A stretch of DNA of 64,000 nt from an uncultured Planctomycetaceae bacterium (GTDB taxonomy: Bacteria > Planctomycetota > Planctomycetia > Planctomycetales > Planctomycetaceae). Under the pieces are notes generated by a model that was not told where the DNA came from, searched no databases, and saw only the letters and a program-made list of their open reading frames with translations. The stretch lies in NCBI GenBank assembly GCA_963976765.1, contig CAXBME010000008.1, positions 124,001 to 188,000 of the forward strand. Reading direction: 5' to 3'. Shown in pieces: positions 51,047-61,689 of the stretch; within the stretch, counting starts at the first letter, position 1; every line of letters begins with the position of its first letter. The translations under genes and the position numbers were made by a program.

Positions 51047-51442
51047 ATGGTCAATCCCTCAATTCAATTCGAAGTTCACCCGTCCTCGGGCGTGCCGATT
51101 TATCGGCAGCTCATGGATCAGGTGCGAGCGATGATTGCCAGTGGGCAACTCGCTGATGGCGATCTGTTGCCGAGTGTTCGGCAGATGGCCGACGAACTTC
51201 AGGTCAACATGATGACCGTGTCGAAGGCGTGGAGCCGTCTGGAAGTCGAAGGCGTGCTGGAACGTGTACGAGGTACCGGAATGCGAGTCACTTCCGGAGT
51301 GGCCAGCGGGACGCTGAAAGAACGCAAAGCTGACCTCAAGCCTCTCGTCGATCCGATGGTGACACGAGGTCAGCAACTGGGGCTTACGGATGGGCAGATT
51401 CTCGACGTTGTGAAATCTGTACTGAAGGAACGAAAGCAATGA
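51047..51442 (+). CDS. GntR family regulator, YtrA subfamily
   Basis: VPIYRQL, GDLLPSVRQMA, VNMMTVSKAW and RGTG; short C-terminal domain. Confidence 0.93.
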   Translation: MVNPSIQFEVHPSSGVPIYRQLMDQVRAMIASGQLADGDLLPSVRQMADELQVNMMTVSKAWSRLEVEGVLERVRGTGMRVTSGVASGTLKERKADLKPLVDPMVTRGQQLGLTDGQILDVVKSVLKERKQ

Positions 51443-52338
51443 ACGCATCTTCGAATGGTGTGCCCATGATTGAAGCCTCCGGCCTGATGAAAAGTTTCGG
51501 GACCGCTCATGTGCTCAGAGGTGTTGACCTGACAATCCCGCGAGGTTCAGTCACGGGACTGCTGGGTAAGAATGGTTCTGGCAAGTCGACATTGCTGAAG
51601 TGCCTGCTCGGCCTGCTGAAGCCGTCTTCAGGCACTGCCAGGATTCTTGGTGAAGACGGGTGGGATCTTTCTGCGGAAGCGAAGGCTCAACTGGGCTACG
51701 TTGCTCAGGAAGTCAGCCTTTACGCCTGGATGCGGGTTCGGCAGATTATCGAATACACCGCAGCGTTCTATCCGACGTGGAACCAGGATCTGGCAATCGA
51801 TCTTGCACGACGATGGGAACTTCCGACGGAAGATCGCGTCGGCCCATTGTCTCAGGGGCAGCAGCAGAAGCTGGCTCTCATTCTGGCGCTTGGCCATGAG
51901 CCCGATCTGCTGATCCTGGATGAGCCTGTCGCGAGCCTGGATCCGTCTGCGCGTCGGGAGTTTCTCAGCACGATTCTCGAGATCATGCGTGACGAAAATC
52001 GAACAGTCCTTTTTTCGACGCACATCACGACAGATCTCGAACGAGTCGCCGACCACGTGGCCGTGCTGAAGGAAGGAAAGATTGTCTACCACGATCAGCT
52101 CGACGATCTGAAAGACAGCGTCAAGCGGCTGCGGGTCACTTCCGAGTCGAACCTGCCGAGTTCTTTTGGAGTGGCCAACTCACTGCGAACAGAAGTGTCA
52201 GGCCGACACGCGCTGGTGGCCGTGGCTGAGGTCGGCCCAGCGCTGATCGAGGAAATCGAATCCCGCTGGCAGGTGAGCGTGACCGTCGAAGACCTGAGTC
52301 TCGAAGAGATCTTCCTCGAAATGCACGGTGACTCGTAA
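51439..52338 (+). CDS. ABC transporter ATP-binding protein (YtrB-like)
   Basis: GKNGSGKST, LSQGQQQ, ILDEP and FSTH; ATGA overlap with the GntR gene. Confidence 0.93.
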   Translation: MNASSNGVPMIEASGLMKSFGTAHVLRGVDLTIPRGSVTGLLGKNGSGKSTLLKCLLGLLKPSSGTARILGEDGWDLSAEAKAQLGYVAQEVSLYAWMRVRQIIEYTAAFYPTWNQDLAIDLARRWELPTEDRVGPLSQGQQQKLALILALGHEPDLLILDEPVASLDPSARREFLSTILEIMRDENRTVLFSTHITTDLERVADHVAVLKEGKIVYHDQLDDLKDSVKRLRVTSESNLPSSFGVANSLRTEVSGRHALVAVAEVGPALIEEIESRWQVSVTVEDLSLEEIFLEMHGDS

Positions 52339-52409
52339 GGGAATTCTTTGGCTTCGATCTACGCGTTCGCCGAATCAGGCTTTGTAATTCATTGTGTGAG
52401 AGGCAAGCG

Positions 52410-54569
52410 ATGAGCGGTCCCAGATCAAACCAGCATGGCAACTTCAGAAGCCAACTGCTGGTCGTGTTAAAAACGTATCTGACCCGGTGGGATTTCTACT
52501 GCATGCTGATCCTGTGCGGCGCGTTTTTCGTGGCACCTCTGAAGTCATCGCGCCGACACACGTCCCCGGGAAGTCCACGGCCAGTCATTTCGCCGTATGA
52601 CATTCCTTCAAACTTGCAGACGCACATTTCCGTCGATGGGCAACGGCTGGATTTTGAGAATTCTGCCGATGTCCAGATTCCTGCCGGCACCAGTTCCGTG
52701 TTTCTGTGGGGACCGGGAATTGCGGATGACGTGCTGATGAATGTCGCGAAGATACCATCAATTACTGATTTGAATATCAGCAACACGTCGGTCACCGACA
52801 AAGGTCTGTCTGAGCTGAGGAAACTTCCTGAGCTGCGGATGCTGCATATCCTTGGGACCGTCGCGACCGGTTCGGGGCTTGATGGGTTGGCCGAATCCGG
52901 GAAGCTGACGAACCTGAGCTTCTCAGCGACGCATCTGGATGCCACCGGAGTGCGAATGATCGCGAAGATCGAATCGTTGAAGTCTCTCGAACTGCATGCC
53001 GCTCTTGTTGCGGAGAAAGATCTGCTGCCGTTGCGTGAGATGACCGGCTTGTGGTCAATCAATCTGGGTTATTCCTCGGTGACCGACTGGTCAGTGAGCT
53101 GGCTTTCAAATCTGAAGAAACTTCGTCAGGTCGACGTTGGCAATACTCGGGTCACGAAGAATGGCGTGCGGCAGCTGCGAAAGCTGATTCCTGATATTTA
53201 CGTTGCTGGCGTGTCATCAATTGATGATCGCAGTCGCCTGGCGAAGTCCGAATTGCCAACGACTTCTCAGTTTGAACGATATCGTGTCGATTATCTCTGG
53301 TCGTTGCTGGCAGGTTCGATGGTCATGGCGATGTGGTTGGGAGTTCATCTCAAGTTGCAGTTTGCGGCGCCTCGTTCGCGGATAGTTCCGGGCTTTGCGA
53401 GAGCACATCTCGCGTTTCCCGCCTGTTTGATTCTCGTGGCAGCGATCCCTTCTGCGATTCATGCCAGCGTCGCTGGTGGAATTGCTTTCTTTTCTGTTGT
53501 CGCGATTCAGGTGGCGGCGTACGCGTGGATCCTGTGGGCCGCTCATCGCAACTCAGCAATAATGATGTTCGGCCTTATGGGTTCGACAGGCCTGATTCTT
53601 TTAGCGAAGTCATCCACTCAGACACTACTGCTGGACTGGCTCGTGCCTGCGTCTTTCACTTTGCCATCAATGCTGCTTCTGGCGGTCGGGGTCGCGGGAT
53701 TATGTGCTTATGCTCTGCGCCTGATGAACTTTCAAGAAGCGATGTCCGAGTACGGAATGGTTTTCTCCTTTGACATGGCCTGGGATCTGGCGTCGCGATC
53801 AGCCAACCGTCGCCGGCAGCAAATGGAAGCGAACTCGATTTCAAAATCCGTCGTCAATGCCTGGCTGCTGGATCATCAGTTTGACCTTGTGATCAAGTAT
53901 CTGCCGAAGTCGTGGCTCCCTCGTTCTGTGGCGTTGTTGCAGCTTTCGCATGGGATGGCACTTTTCTGGAGTGCTCCGATGATGGCTCTGATGATCGGAG
54001 GCATGATGCTGTTTTGTGGCGGCTTTCCCTTATCGAAAACATTCGTCCCGATCGTCCCGACTTTCGTAACAGTGATGATCCCCATGATGCCGATGGCAAT
54101 GCTCAACGGCGTGTGGCTGCAACACTGGCGATGGTTCTCGTCAGAGCTTCTCCGTCCGTTGACGAGGCGTCGCTATGTTTCGTCAATCCTCTCAACAATG
54201 GCTCTCGATGCGTCGGTCGTGATCATCGTCCCCGTGATATTCGTCACGGTGGCAGTTCTCCAGGGCTGGGCTGTCGCGGAGTTTTCTCTTCTGCAGACCT
54301 GGTTGGTTTGCGTAGTTCACATTTTTGCGAACATCGTGACCAGTGCAGCGTTTGTTGCCTGGCTGATCTCTTACCGCAAGGCGTGGCTGGCCATTGTCCC
54401 GTCGACGGCGTCATTAATTGTGCATAGTGGGTTGACAGCTCTGTCACTGGAACTGGGGCCGAGCTGGATTCCTGTCGTATTGCCTGCTGTGTTTATCGTC
54501 GCAGTCGTCGTGGTGGCTCTAACAGCGAGGGGGGCGACACGTCGGTGGAACTCGATTGAGTTCGCCTGA
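52410..54569 (+). CDS. putative ABC permease with inserted leucine-rich-repeat domain
   Basis: N-terminal TM, then ~24-aa LRRs (ITDLNISNTSVTDKGLSEL, LRQVDVGNTRVTKNGVRQL), then many TM helices and SELLRPLTRRRY. Confidence 0.78.
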   Translation: MSGPRSNQHGNFRSQLLVVLKTYLTRWDFYCMLILCGAFFVAPLKSSRRHTSPGSPRPVISPYDIPSNLQTHISVDGQRLDFENSADVQIPAGTSSVFLWGPGIADDVLMNVAKIPSITDLNISNTSVTDKGLSELRKLPELRMLHILGTVATGSGLDGLAESGKLTNLSFSATHLDATGVRMIAKIESLKSLELHAALVAEKDLLPLREMTGLWSINLGYSSVTDWSVSWLSNLKKLRQVDVGNTRVTKNGVRQLRKLIPDIYVAGVSSIDDRSRLAKSELPTTSQFERYRVDYLWSLLAGSMVMAMWLGVHLKLQFAAPRSRIVPGFARAHLAFPACLILVAAIPSAIHASVAGGIAFFSVVAIQVAAYAWILWAAHRNSAIMMFGLMGSTGLILLAKSSTQTLLLDWLVPASFTLPSMLLLAVGVAGLCAYALRLMNFQEAMSEYGMVFSFDMAWDLASRSANRRRQQMEANSISKSVVNAWLLDHQFDLVIKYLPKSWLPRSVALLQLSHGMALFWSAPMMALMIGGMMLFCGGFPLSKTFVPIVPTFVTVMIPMMPMAMLNGVWLQHWRWFSSELLRPLTRRRYVSSILSTMALDASVVIIVPVIFVTVAVLQGWAVAEFSLLQTWLVCVVHIFANIVTSAAFVAWLISYRKAWLAIVPSTASLIVHSGLTALSLELGPSWIPVVLPAVFIVAVVVVALTARGATRRWNSIEFA

Positions 54570-54687
54570 CAACGGCGCGCACGTCGCAGCTGGAGTCTCG
54601 TGGCGAATGATTCCTTCGTGACTTGTCTGCCCGCTATGCTCCCGCCTGACGATGAAGTTTCAACTTCGACATCAGCAGGGATCAGTC

Positions 54688-56964
54688 ATGCGAAACGTGA
54701 GGAAGGCTGCAGGACTCGTTTCATTCTGGGTGCTCGCTTTCAGCGTGCCAGTGGCAGATGCCGACGACGGCGCGAAGCCATACGGGATTGAGGGCTACGT
54801 CCCCATGACGACGTCTCGTGTGGCAGGTTCTCCGGAGCCGCCACTGCCTTTTCGGGCGGTTCGAGCGTTTCCCAGACTTCAGGTCGACTGGCCAGTCTTT
54901 GTGATGACTGAGCCGGGCAGTTCGCGGCTGATTTTTATTCACGACCATCGGCCCGAAAAGAAGTTTCAAGTCTGTCGTGCGACCACCGACCAGGCCGCGA
55001 CCGGTAAGTTCGATGTTCTGCTCGAAGTCGACGACCCGGCTTACAGCATCTGCTTTCACCCTGACTTCGCCAGCAACGGATACTTTTATCTCGGGCACAA
55101 CGGTCCGAACAAAGCGCTTCCGAAAGATGCCGATAAGACCTGCCGAATCACTCGTTACACTCTGCAACGCAAGGCTCCGTTTCAGCTTGTTGAGAATTCC
55201 GCACAGATCATTCTCGAATGGGTGTCGAACGGCCACAACGGGGCGGCGGTGACGTTTGGCCTTGATGGCATGCTTTACGTGACGACCGGTGATGGCACGT
55301 CTGACTCAGACACTAATCTTACCGGGCAGGGCCTCGATCATCTGCTCGCCAAGGTGCTGAGACTGGACGTCGACCATCCAGACGAAGGGCGGCAGTATTC
55401 TGTGCCCAAAGACAATCCGTTCGTCGGCCAGGAGGGAGTTCGACCGGAAACGTGGGCGTACGGTTTGCGGAATCCGTGGCGAATGACGACTGACCCGAAG
55501 ACCGGTCATATCTGGGTCGGGCAGAACGGACAGGATTTGTGGGAGCAGGTTTACCTGATCAACAAGGGTGAGAACTACGGCTGGAGCGTTTACGAAGGCA
55601 GCCATCCGTTTTATCTCGAACGGAAGTCCGGCCCCCATCCGTATGTGAAGCCAACGTTCGAGCATTCTCATTCCGAGTCGCGATCTCTGACGGGTGGAGT
55701 TGTTTACTACGGTTCAAAGTTCCCGAGCCTTCATGGAGCGTACATTTACGGCGACTACTCGACGGGAAAAATCTGGGCCGGCAAACACGATGGCACGAAG
55801 GTCGTGTGGCATCGCGAAATCACCGACACAACCATGCAGATTACGTCGTTCGGAATCGATCCTGACGGCGAGCTGCTCATTACCAGCCACATTGGCAAAG
55901 ACGGCGGCTTTTACACCCTGGAACCGGTTGTGCCTGATGCGTCGTCAGAGACGTTCCCGCGAAAGCTCAGCGACAGCGGGCTGTTCGCCAGCGTGGCAAA
56001 GCACGAGATGAAGCCCGGCGTGATCCCTTACTCGGTGAATTCGCCGCTCTGGTCGGACGGTTCGCAGAAAATTCGATTCTTTGCGATCCCTCACGATGCC
56101 GACGACAACGACGCCGCACCGAAGATATCGGCCGGAAGTAATCGAGGGTGGAGCTTTCCGGAGCAAACGGTGCTGGTGAAATCGTTCGCGGTTGATCTTG
56201 TCGATGGTGATCCAGAATCCCGGCACTGGATCGAAACCCGGTTTCTGCATCGAGAAAACAAAGAGTGGGTCGGTTACTCGTACCGCTGGAATAAGGATCA
56301 GACTGACGCGACGCTCGTTGACAAAGACGGAGTCGACATTGTTTTCAAAGTTCGCTCATCAGACGGCAACATGGTCGATCGAAAGTGGCGATACCCCAGC
56401 CGTGCCGAGTGCATGGTGTGTCACAGCCGGGCAGCCAACTACGTGCTCGGCCTGTCAACGCCGCAAATGAATCGCGACCACGACTACGCTTCTGTCGGAG
56501 GCGTAGTCGACAACCAGCTTCGAACGCTGGAGCACCTCGGCTATTTCAAGCTGAAGCGAAGTGGGGGAAAGGACGCCGCGTTTAACTCGGATGATCATCC
56601 GCGACTCGTCAATCCGTACGATGATTCGGAACCGCTGGCCGATCGAGCGTTATCTTACCTGCACTCCAACTGTGCTCAGTGTCACGTTGAAGCTGGCGGT
56701 GGAAATTCGCAGATCGTTCTGTCGTTCGGGGCGAAACCTGAGAAACAGAATCTGATCAACGCCGATCCGCTACACGATCGATTTGGTATCGCTGATGCAA
56801 AACTTGTCGCACCGGGCTCGCCTGAACGATCGATCCTGCTGCAAAGGATCGCCCGTCGAGGTCGTGGCCAGATGCCTCAGTTGGCAACTTCACTCGTTGA
56901 CGAGCGGGCGGTAGCGCTTTTTAGAGAGTGGATTCAGAATCTTTCGGAAGATGCGGCGAATTAA
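54688..56964 (+). CDS. PQQ-dependent glucose/sorbosone dehydrogenase-like protein fused to a c-type cytochrome domain
   Basis: FHPDF, HNGAAVTFGLDG, WAYGLRNPWR and NYGW; C-terminal PLWSDG, CMVCH, CAQCH and GQMP. Confidence 0.88.
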   Translation: MRNVRKAAGLVSFWVLAFSVPVADADDGAKPYGIEGYVPMTTSRVAGSPEPPLPFRAVRAFPRLQVDWPVFVMTEPGSSRLIFIHDHRPEKKFQVCRATTDQAATGKFDVLLEVDDPAYSICFHPDFASNGYFYLGHNGPNKALPKDADKTCRITRYTLQRKAPFQLVENSAQIILEWVSNGHNGAAVTFGLDGMLYVTTGDGTSDSDTNLTGQGLDHLLAKVLRLDVDHPDEGRQYSVPKDNPFVGQEGVRPETWAYGLRNPWRMTTDPKTGHIWVGQNGQDLWEQVYLINKGENYGWSVYEGSHPFYLERKSGPHPYVKPTFEHSHSESRSLTGGVVYYGSKFPSLHGAYIYGDYSTGKIWAGKHDGTKVVWHREITDTTMQITSFGIDPDGELLITSHIGKDGGFYTLEPVVPDASSETFPRKLSDSGLFASVAKHEMKPGVIPYSVNSPLWSDGSQKIRFFAIPHDADDNDAAPKISAGSNRGWSFPEQTVLVKSFAVDLVDGDPESRHWIETRFLHRENKEWVGYSYRWNKDQTDATLVDKDGVDIVFKVRSSDGNMVDRKWRYPSRAECMVCHSRAANYVLGLSTPQMNRDHDYASVGGVVDNQLRTLEHLGYFKLKRSGGKDAAFNSDDHPRLVNPYDDSEPLADRALSYLHSNCAQCHVEAGGGNSQIVLSFGAKPEKQNLINADPLHDRFGIADAKLVAPGSPERSILLQRIARRGRGQMPQLATSLVDERAVALFREWIQNLSEDAAN

Positions 56965-57009
56965 ATGTGGTTCGTTCACTGGTCTGCTCGACTAAGCGGA
57001 GCTGAATAC

Positions 57010-57053
57010 GAAAGCAGCGCGCAGGAGAATTTCTCCTGCACGCTGTTTCGTTT
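57010..57053. terminator. probable bidirectional terminator
   Basis: GAAAGCAGCGCGCAGGAGA...TCTCCTGCACGCTGTTTC inverted repeat between convergent genes. Confidence 0.7.
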
Positions 57054-57089
57054 CACCAGATCAGGGCTGCTCGAAAGTTAGCGTCCTGG

Positions 57090-58748
57090 TTAGATCGATG
57101 CTGTCAGCTCACCCATGCGTTTGGTCAGTTTAGTATTTTCGTCGTAGTCGATCGGGATGACGACCAGGCTTGGTCCTTCGGCATTGAAGGATTTTTCCAG
57201 GGTGTCCTGCAGATCGGCGGCATTGTTACAGCGGTAGCCGTTCCATCCGAACGCTTCGGCAAGCTGTACGAAGTCCGGGTTGCCGAATGACAGATCAGTG
57301 TGTTTGCCGAAATGGTTGAACTGCTTCCAGGCGATCAGCCCGTAAGCATTGTCTTCCCAGATCATCACGGTGATGTTGGAGTTGTACCGCTTGGCGGTTT
57401 CCATCTCCTGGACGTTCATCATGAAGCCAGCGTCTCCGCAGATCGCGAGAACTCGCTGAGTCGGATCGACAAAGCTGGCCGCGATGGCTCCCGGCAATGC
57501 GAAACCCATCGAGCAGAATCCGTTCGGGATCAGGCAGGTGTTGGGTTCGTGGCACTGGTAGTACCGGGCGATCCACATCTTGTGAGCACCGACGTCGGAC
57601 AGCAGCAGATCCGTTGGACCGAGCACCTGGCGAGCATCCCACAAGGCTTTCTGTGGCCGAATCTTGCCTTCGGTCTTGTCGTCTTTGTGAGCTTCGAATT
57701 CTTCGGTCATCTTCTCACGACACAGTTTGGTGTGAGAATGATCGAAGTCGAGGTTTTCGGGACCGTGAGCAGCGACTCGCTCGTTCAGCATCCAGAGAGT
57801 GTGAGCCAGGTCGCCGACAACTTCGGTCTCGATGCGGTAATCCTCATCAACTTCTGACGGGATGAAGTCACAGTGAACGATGGTCTTGGTTCCGCCTGGA
57901 TTCCAGAGGCCTGGATGGTATTCGACCATGTCGTAACCGAGCGAGATGACCAGGTCGGCACGCTCGATCGCGACAGCCGGCACGTCTTTGCCGCCCAGGC
58001 CGATCGTGTAGCAGCACTGCTCCGAATCCATGTCGATGCAGCCTTTCGCCATCATCGTATTCAGAACACCGATACCCGTTGCTTCGGCGAACTTGCGAAG
58101 CTGGCCAGCCGCTCGGCGACGAATACAACCATTACCGGCGAGGATGATCGGTCGCTTTGCGGCTTTGATGACATCCCATGCCTGGTTGACAATCTTGTCG
58201 TCAGCAACGGGACGGCGGAACTGTCGCGGCTCGATGGGAGCGACCAGTGTGTCCTTTTTTGCGATATCTTCGGGCAGTTCGATCAGGACGGCACCCGGTT
58301 TTTCGGTTGTCGCCAGTCGGACAGCTTTGCGAACGATTTCCGGAATGTTGTCCGCGTGGTAGACCATCTGAGCCCACTTGGTGACAGGCTTGAACATCCC
58401 GACGACATCCATGACCTGGTGAGACTCTTTGTGAAGCCGCTCAGAACTTCCCTGTCCGGTTAGAACCAGCATTGGAGCACGGTCCATGTTCGAGTCAGCG
58501 ACGCCGGTAATCAGGTTGGTGGCTCCCGGTCCAAGTGTCCCCAGACAGCCGGCAGGTTTACCCGTCAGTCGACCGTAGATTTCAGCCATGAATGCCGCAC
58601 CCTGTTCATGGCGAGTCAGGATGAACTTGATCTTGTCGGTGTCTTCGAGCGAAATCATGAAGTCGGCGTTTTCTTCGCCCGGCACACCAAAGATGTACTC
58701 GATACCTTCTTCTTCAAGACACTTTACAAACAGATCGGACGCTTTCAT
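57090..58748 (-). CDS. acetolactate synthase large-subunit-like TPP enzyme
   Basis: FGVPGEEN, RHEQGAAFMA, TLGPGATN, DVGAHKMW, SMGFALPGA and GDAGF. Confidence 0.9.
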   Translation of the reverse strand: MKASDLFVKCLEEEGIEYIFGVPGEENADFMISLEDTDKIKFILTRHEQGAAFMAEIYGRLTGKPAGCLGTLGPGATNLITGVADSNMDRAPMLVLTGQGSSERLHKESHQVMDVVGMFKPVTKWAQMVYHADNIPEIVRKAVRLATTEKPGAVLIELPEDIAKKDTLVAPIEPRQFRRPVADDKIVNQAWDVIKAAKRPIILAGNGCIRRRAAGQLRKFAEATGIGVLNTMMAKGCIDMDSEQCCYTIGLGGKDVPAVAIERADLVISLGYDMVEYHPGLWNPGGTKTIVHCDFIPSEVDEDYRIETEVVGDLAHTLWMLNERVAAHGPENLDFDHSHTKLCREKMTEEFEAHKDDKTEGKIRPQKALWDARQVLGPTDLLLSDVGAHKMWIARYYQCHEPNTCLIPNGFCSMGFALPGAIAASFVDPTQRVLAICGDAGFMMNVQEMETAKRYNSNITVMIWEDNAYGLIAWKQFNHFGKHTDLSFGNPDFVQLAEAFGWNGYRCNNAADLQDTLEKSFNAEGPSLVVIPIDYDENTKLTKRMGELTASI

Positions 58749-58877
58749 TGGATTCAATTCCTTATTGGGCGTGAAATGACGTGGTGACGGGAAGGCAGAC
58801 TGATTGTTCAACGAGGCTCGAATTTCCCAATCCTTTGGTCGGGACGTTATTACAGAAGCAGGCTTTAGGGAAACGAC

Positions 58878-59867
58878 TTAGACATGAAGCTCGACCATGT
58901 CGCCATCATTCAGAGCATGGTCGCGACCGACCTGCTGTCCATCGTGACCGCCGCTGCCCCAGACTTTGGCGAATTTGAGACGTTCGACAAACTCGTCGTG
59001 CACGCGTTCGGCCAGTGTTTCAACGGTCGAGCCAACCGGGATTGCAAACGGAGCCTCGTAGACAGGCGGCTTGCCTGGAGCTTTTGTGTAGACTCGGATC
59101 AGACCGAGTGATTCAAAAATGGTACGGCGCAGAGAGTCGCACTGACGGCGACTCTGAAGTTCGACGTGGAACGTCGGGAGACTGCGTGGCGAGATCTCGC
59201 CCAGGAGTGAGACTCGTAAATCCGCGTCAGGATCCTCGGCCCGAGTGACGACGAGCAGCGACTTCACTTGTAGATTCGAGAAGTCGCCTTCGTCATATCC
59301 AGTCTTGTCGCTGAGCAAAGTTTTGCGTGCATCGAGCTGCTGGATGACGTTCAGCGTTTCTTCCGGAGCGTCGTCTGAACTACCGTCAAAAGCGAGGATG
59401 ACAAGATCAGCGGTTCTCACGTAGTTGACCAGGTAGGGTTCGATGGGCGACTGGCTGACCGGTGGGGTATCGACCAGCTGAATCAGAACATCGTCGCAGG
59501 ACATCATGGCGGGGAAGGGCTCGCGAGTCGTGAAGGGGTAATCCGCGACTCCCGGAGTCGCATTGGTCAGCTCAGCGACGATCCTCGACTTGCCGGAATT
59601 CGGCGCACCAGTCACGACGACCGTGCCGGCTCCCTGTCGAGGGATCCGAAGGGTTCTTCCCTGTTTCGGCGCGTCGCGTTCCGACTGAACTTCGGCTCGG
59701 GCTTCCTTGATCCTCGCTCGAATGGCCGCCTGAAGATGATCCGTTCCTTTGTGTTTGGGGATGACCTGGAGCATGACTTCCAGTCGACGCTGTCGTTCCT
59801 CGCTGGTCTGCGCGCGGCGGTACTGTTCTTCGGCGAGGTAATACTTGATCGTCAGATTGGCAGCCAT
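58878..59867 (-). CDS. DRG-like OBG-family GTPase with TGS domain
   Basis: N-terminal IPKHKGTDHL, G1 GAPNSGKS, G2 YPFTT, DTPP and C-terminal IRVYTK...AKVWG...GQQVGRDH..DGDMVELH. Confidence 0.85.
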   Translation of the reverse strand: MAANLTIKYYLAEEQYRRAQTSEERQRRLEVMLQVIPKHKGTDHLQAAIRARIKEARAEVQSERDAPKQGRTLRIPRQGAGTVVVTGAPNSGKSRIVAELTNATPGVADYPFTTREPFPAMMSCDDVLIQLVDTPPVSQSPIEPYLVNYVRTADLVILAFDGSSDDAPEETLNVIQQLDARKTLLSDKTGYDEGDFSNLQVKSLLVVTRAEDPDADLRVSLLGEISPRSLPTFHVELQSRRQCDSLRRTIFESLGLIRVYTKAPGKPPVYEAPFAIPVGSTVETLAERVHDEFVERLKFAKVWGSGGHDGQQVGRDHALNDGDMVELHV

Positions 59868-60069
59868 ATTCCGAATCCATCGAGGCGTCGGCGATGCGGT
59901 CTGTTGCTGCGGCAACCCGATGTGGCAACAACTGCGTCGGGCTTCTGCAGAGTTCTGCGGTTCCGGCTATGAAAGCAGCCATCACGCGTTCGATGCGCGA
60001 TGGCTGCCTGCTGAATTGGCCGGAGAGGCCGAACCGGATCAGACTCGAAGCTGTTTGCCGAGTCCTTGT

Positions 60070-61689
60070 TTACTCGCTGTGTCCGAACGTGTCCGCGGAC
60101 GCTGCTGCACATGCACGAGCGTATTCCGGAGGGAGTTCGTCGGCCAGCAGCTCGCCACCACGCAGGAACTTATAGAGTTCTCCGTAATGCTTTGTTTCGT
60201 TGGCAGAAATACGGTGCATGACATGCCACGGGCGAAGTTCATCGGCGGCGTTCAGACCGAGTGCCCCGATCATTTCGGCAAGACTGTGAATCGTTTCGCG
60301 ATGGTAGCTGGCAACCCGGTTCGCCTTGTCCGTCGGGTCCAGGCCAGCCATCAAATGCTTTTCCTGAGTTGCGACTCCGACGGGACAGTGGTTGCTGTTG
60401 CACTTCAATGCCTGAATGCAGCCAAGTGCCATCATCATGGCTCGAGCGCTGCAGACGGCGTCGGCTCCGATGGCCAGTCGTTTGAGCAAACCGAATCCCG
60501 AGGTGGCTTTGCCACTGGCGATAATCCTGATTTTGTCGCGCAGGCCGTAACCGATCAGTGCGTTGTGGACGAAGATTAACCCTTCCACCAGCGGTGCGCC
60601 GATGTGGTTGGAGAATTCCAGCGGTGCGGCCCCTGTGCCGCCTTCGCCGCCGTCAACCGTAATGAAGTCAGGAGTGATCCCCGTTTGAACCATCGCTTTG
60701 CAGATCGCCAGGAATTCTCGTCGTTTACCGACACAAAGTTTGAACCCAACCGGTTTTCCTTCACTCAGATCTCTCAGCTTCTTGACAAATTCCAGCAGGC
60801 CAATCGGTGTCGAGAATTCTGTATGGGTCGGCGGCGAAAGCACGTCCTGGCCCATGGGTACTCCACGAATCTTCGCAATTTCGGGCGTTACCTTGGCGGC
60901 TGGCAGAATACCACCGTGTCCGGGCTTCGCCCCCTGCGAAAGTTTGATCTCGATCATCTTCACATTCGGGCTTGCCGATTTTTCAGCAAAGATTTCCGGT
61001 GAGAATTTTCCATCGGCACCGCGGCACGCGAAGTAGCCGGTTCCAACCTGCCAGATCAGATCGCCGCCACCGTCCAGGTGGTATGGACTCAGACCACCTT
61101 CGCCGGTGTTGTGGGCAAAGTTGTCCATTTTGGCACCACGGCTCAGAGCAAGGATCGCATTTTTGCTGAGCGACCCGAAACTCATTGCCGAGATATTCAG
61201 CAGGCTGAGCGAGTAGGGTTGTTTGCAGTCCGGGCCACCAACCATGACGCGCATGTTGCTGGCGTCGATGTGCTTTGCAGCCAGCGAGTGATTGACCCAT
61301 TCGTAGCCAGGCTGGTACACGTCCAGCTTGGTGCCGAACGGCGTCGTATCGCGAACTTTCTTGGCTCGTTGATAAACAAGCGACCGATCTTCACGATCGA
61401 ACGGGACGCCTTCTTTGTCGCTTTCAATGAAGTACTGATAGATCTCCGGGCGTATCAGTTCGAGAAAGTAGCGAGCGTGTCCAAGTACGGGATAGTTTCG
61501 GCGAATGGCCTGTTTCGTCTGGGTCATATCTATGAAGCCCATGATGATCATTGGGCCCACTACCAGCCAGGGCCACAACGCATTTGGGCCGAGCATTGCG
61601 TAGGCGACGACTCCCACAATTACAACAGTCGCGACACCCCAGACGAAAATAGCTCGGAAGTTTGTTTCGACGTACTCGGCAATGCGCAT
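60070..61689 (-). CDS. FMN-binding glutamate synthase family protein
   Basis: NISAMSFGSLS, NTGEGG, EIKLSQGAKPGHGG, VDGGEGGTGAAP and GCIQALKCNSNHCPVGV; N-terminal TM helices. Confidence 0.93.
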   Translation of the reverse strand: MRIAEYVETNFRAIFVWGVATVVIVGVVAYAMLGPNALWPWLVVGPMIIMGFIDMTQTKQAIRRNYPVLGHARYFLELIRPEIYQYFIESDKEGVPFDREDRSLVYQRAKKVRDTTPFGTKLDVYQPGYEWVNHSLAAKHIDASNMRVMVGGPDCKQPYSLSLLNISAMSFGSLSKNAILALSRGAKMDNFAHNTGEGGLSPYHLDGGGDLIWQVGTGYFACRGADGKFSPEIFAEKSASPNVKMIEIKLSQGAKPGHGGILPAAKVTPEIAKIRGVPMGQDVLSPPTHTEFSTPIGLLEFVKKLRDLSEGKPVGFKLCVGKRREFLAICKAMVQTGITPDFITVDGGEGGTGAAPLEFSNHIGAPLVEGLIFVHNALIGYGLRDKIRIIASGKATSGFGLLKRLAIGADAVCSARAMMMALGCIQALKCNSNHCPVGVATQEKHLMAGLDPTDKANRVASYHRETIHSLAEMIGALGLNAADELRPWHVMHRISANETKHYGELYKFLRGGELLADELPPEYARACAAASADTFGHSE

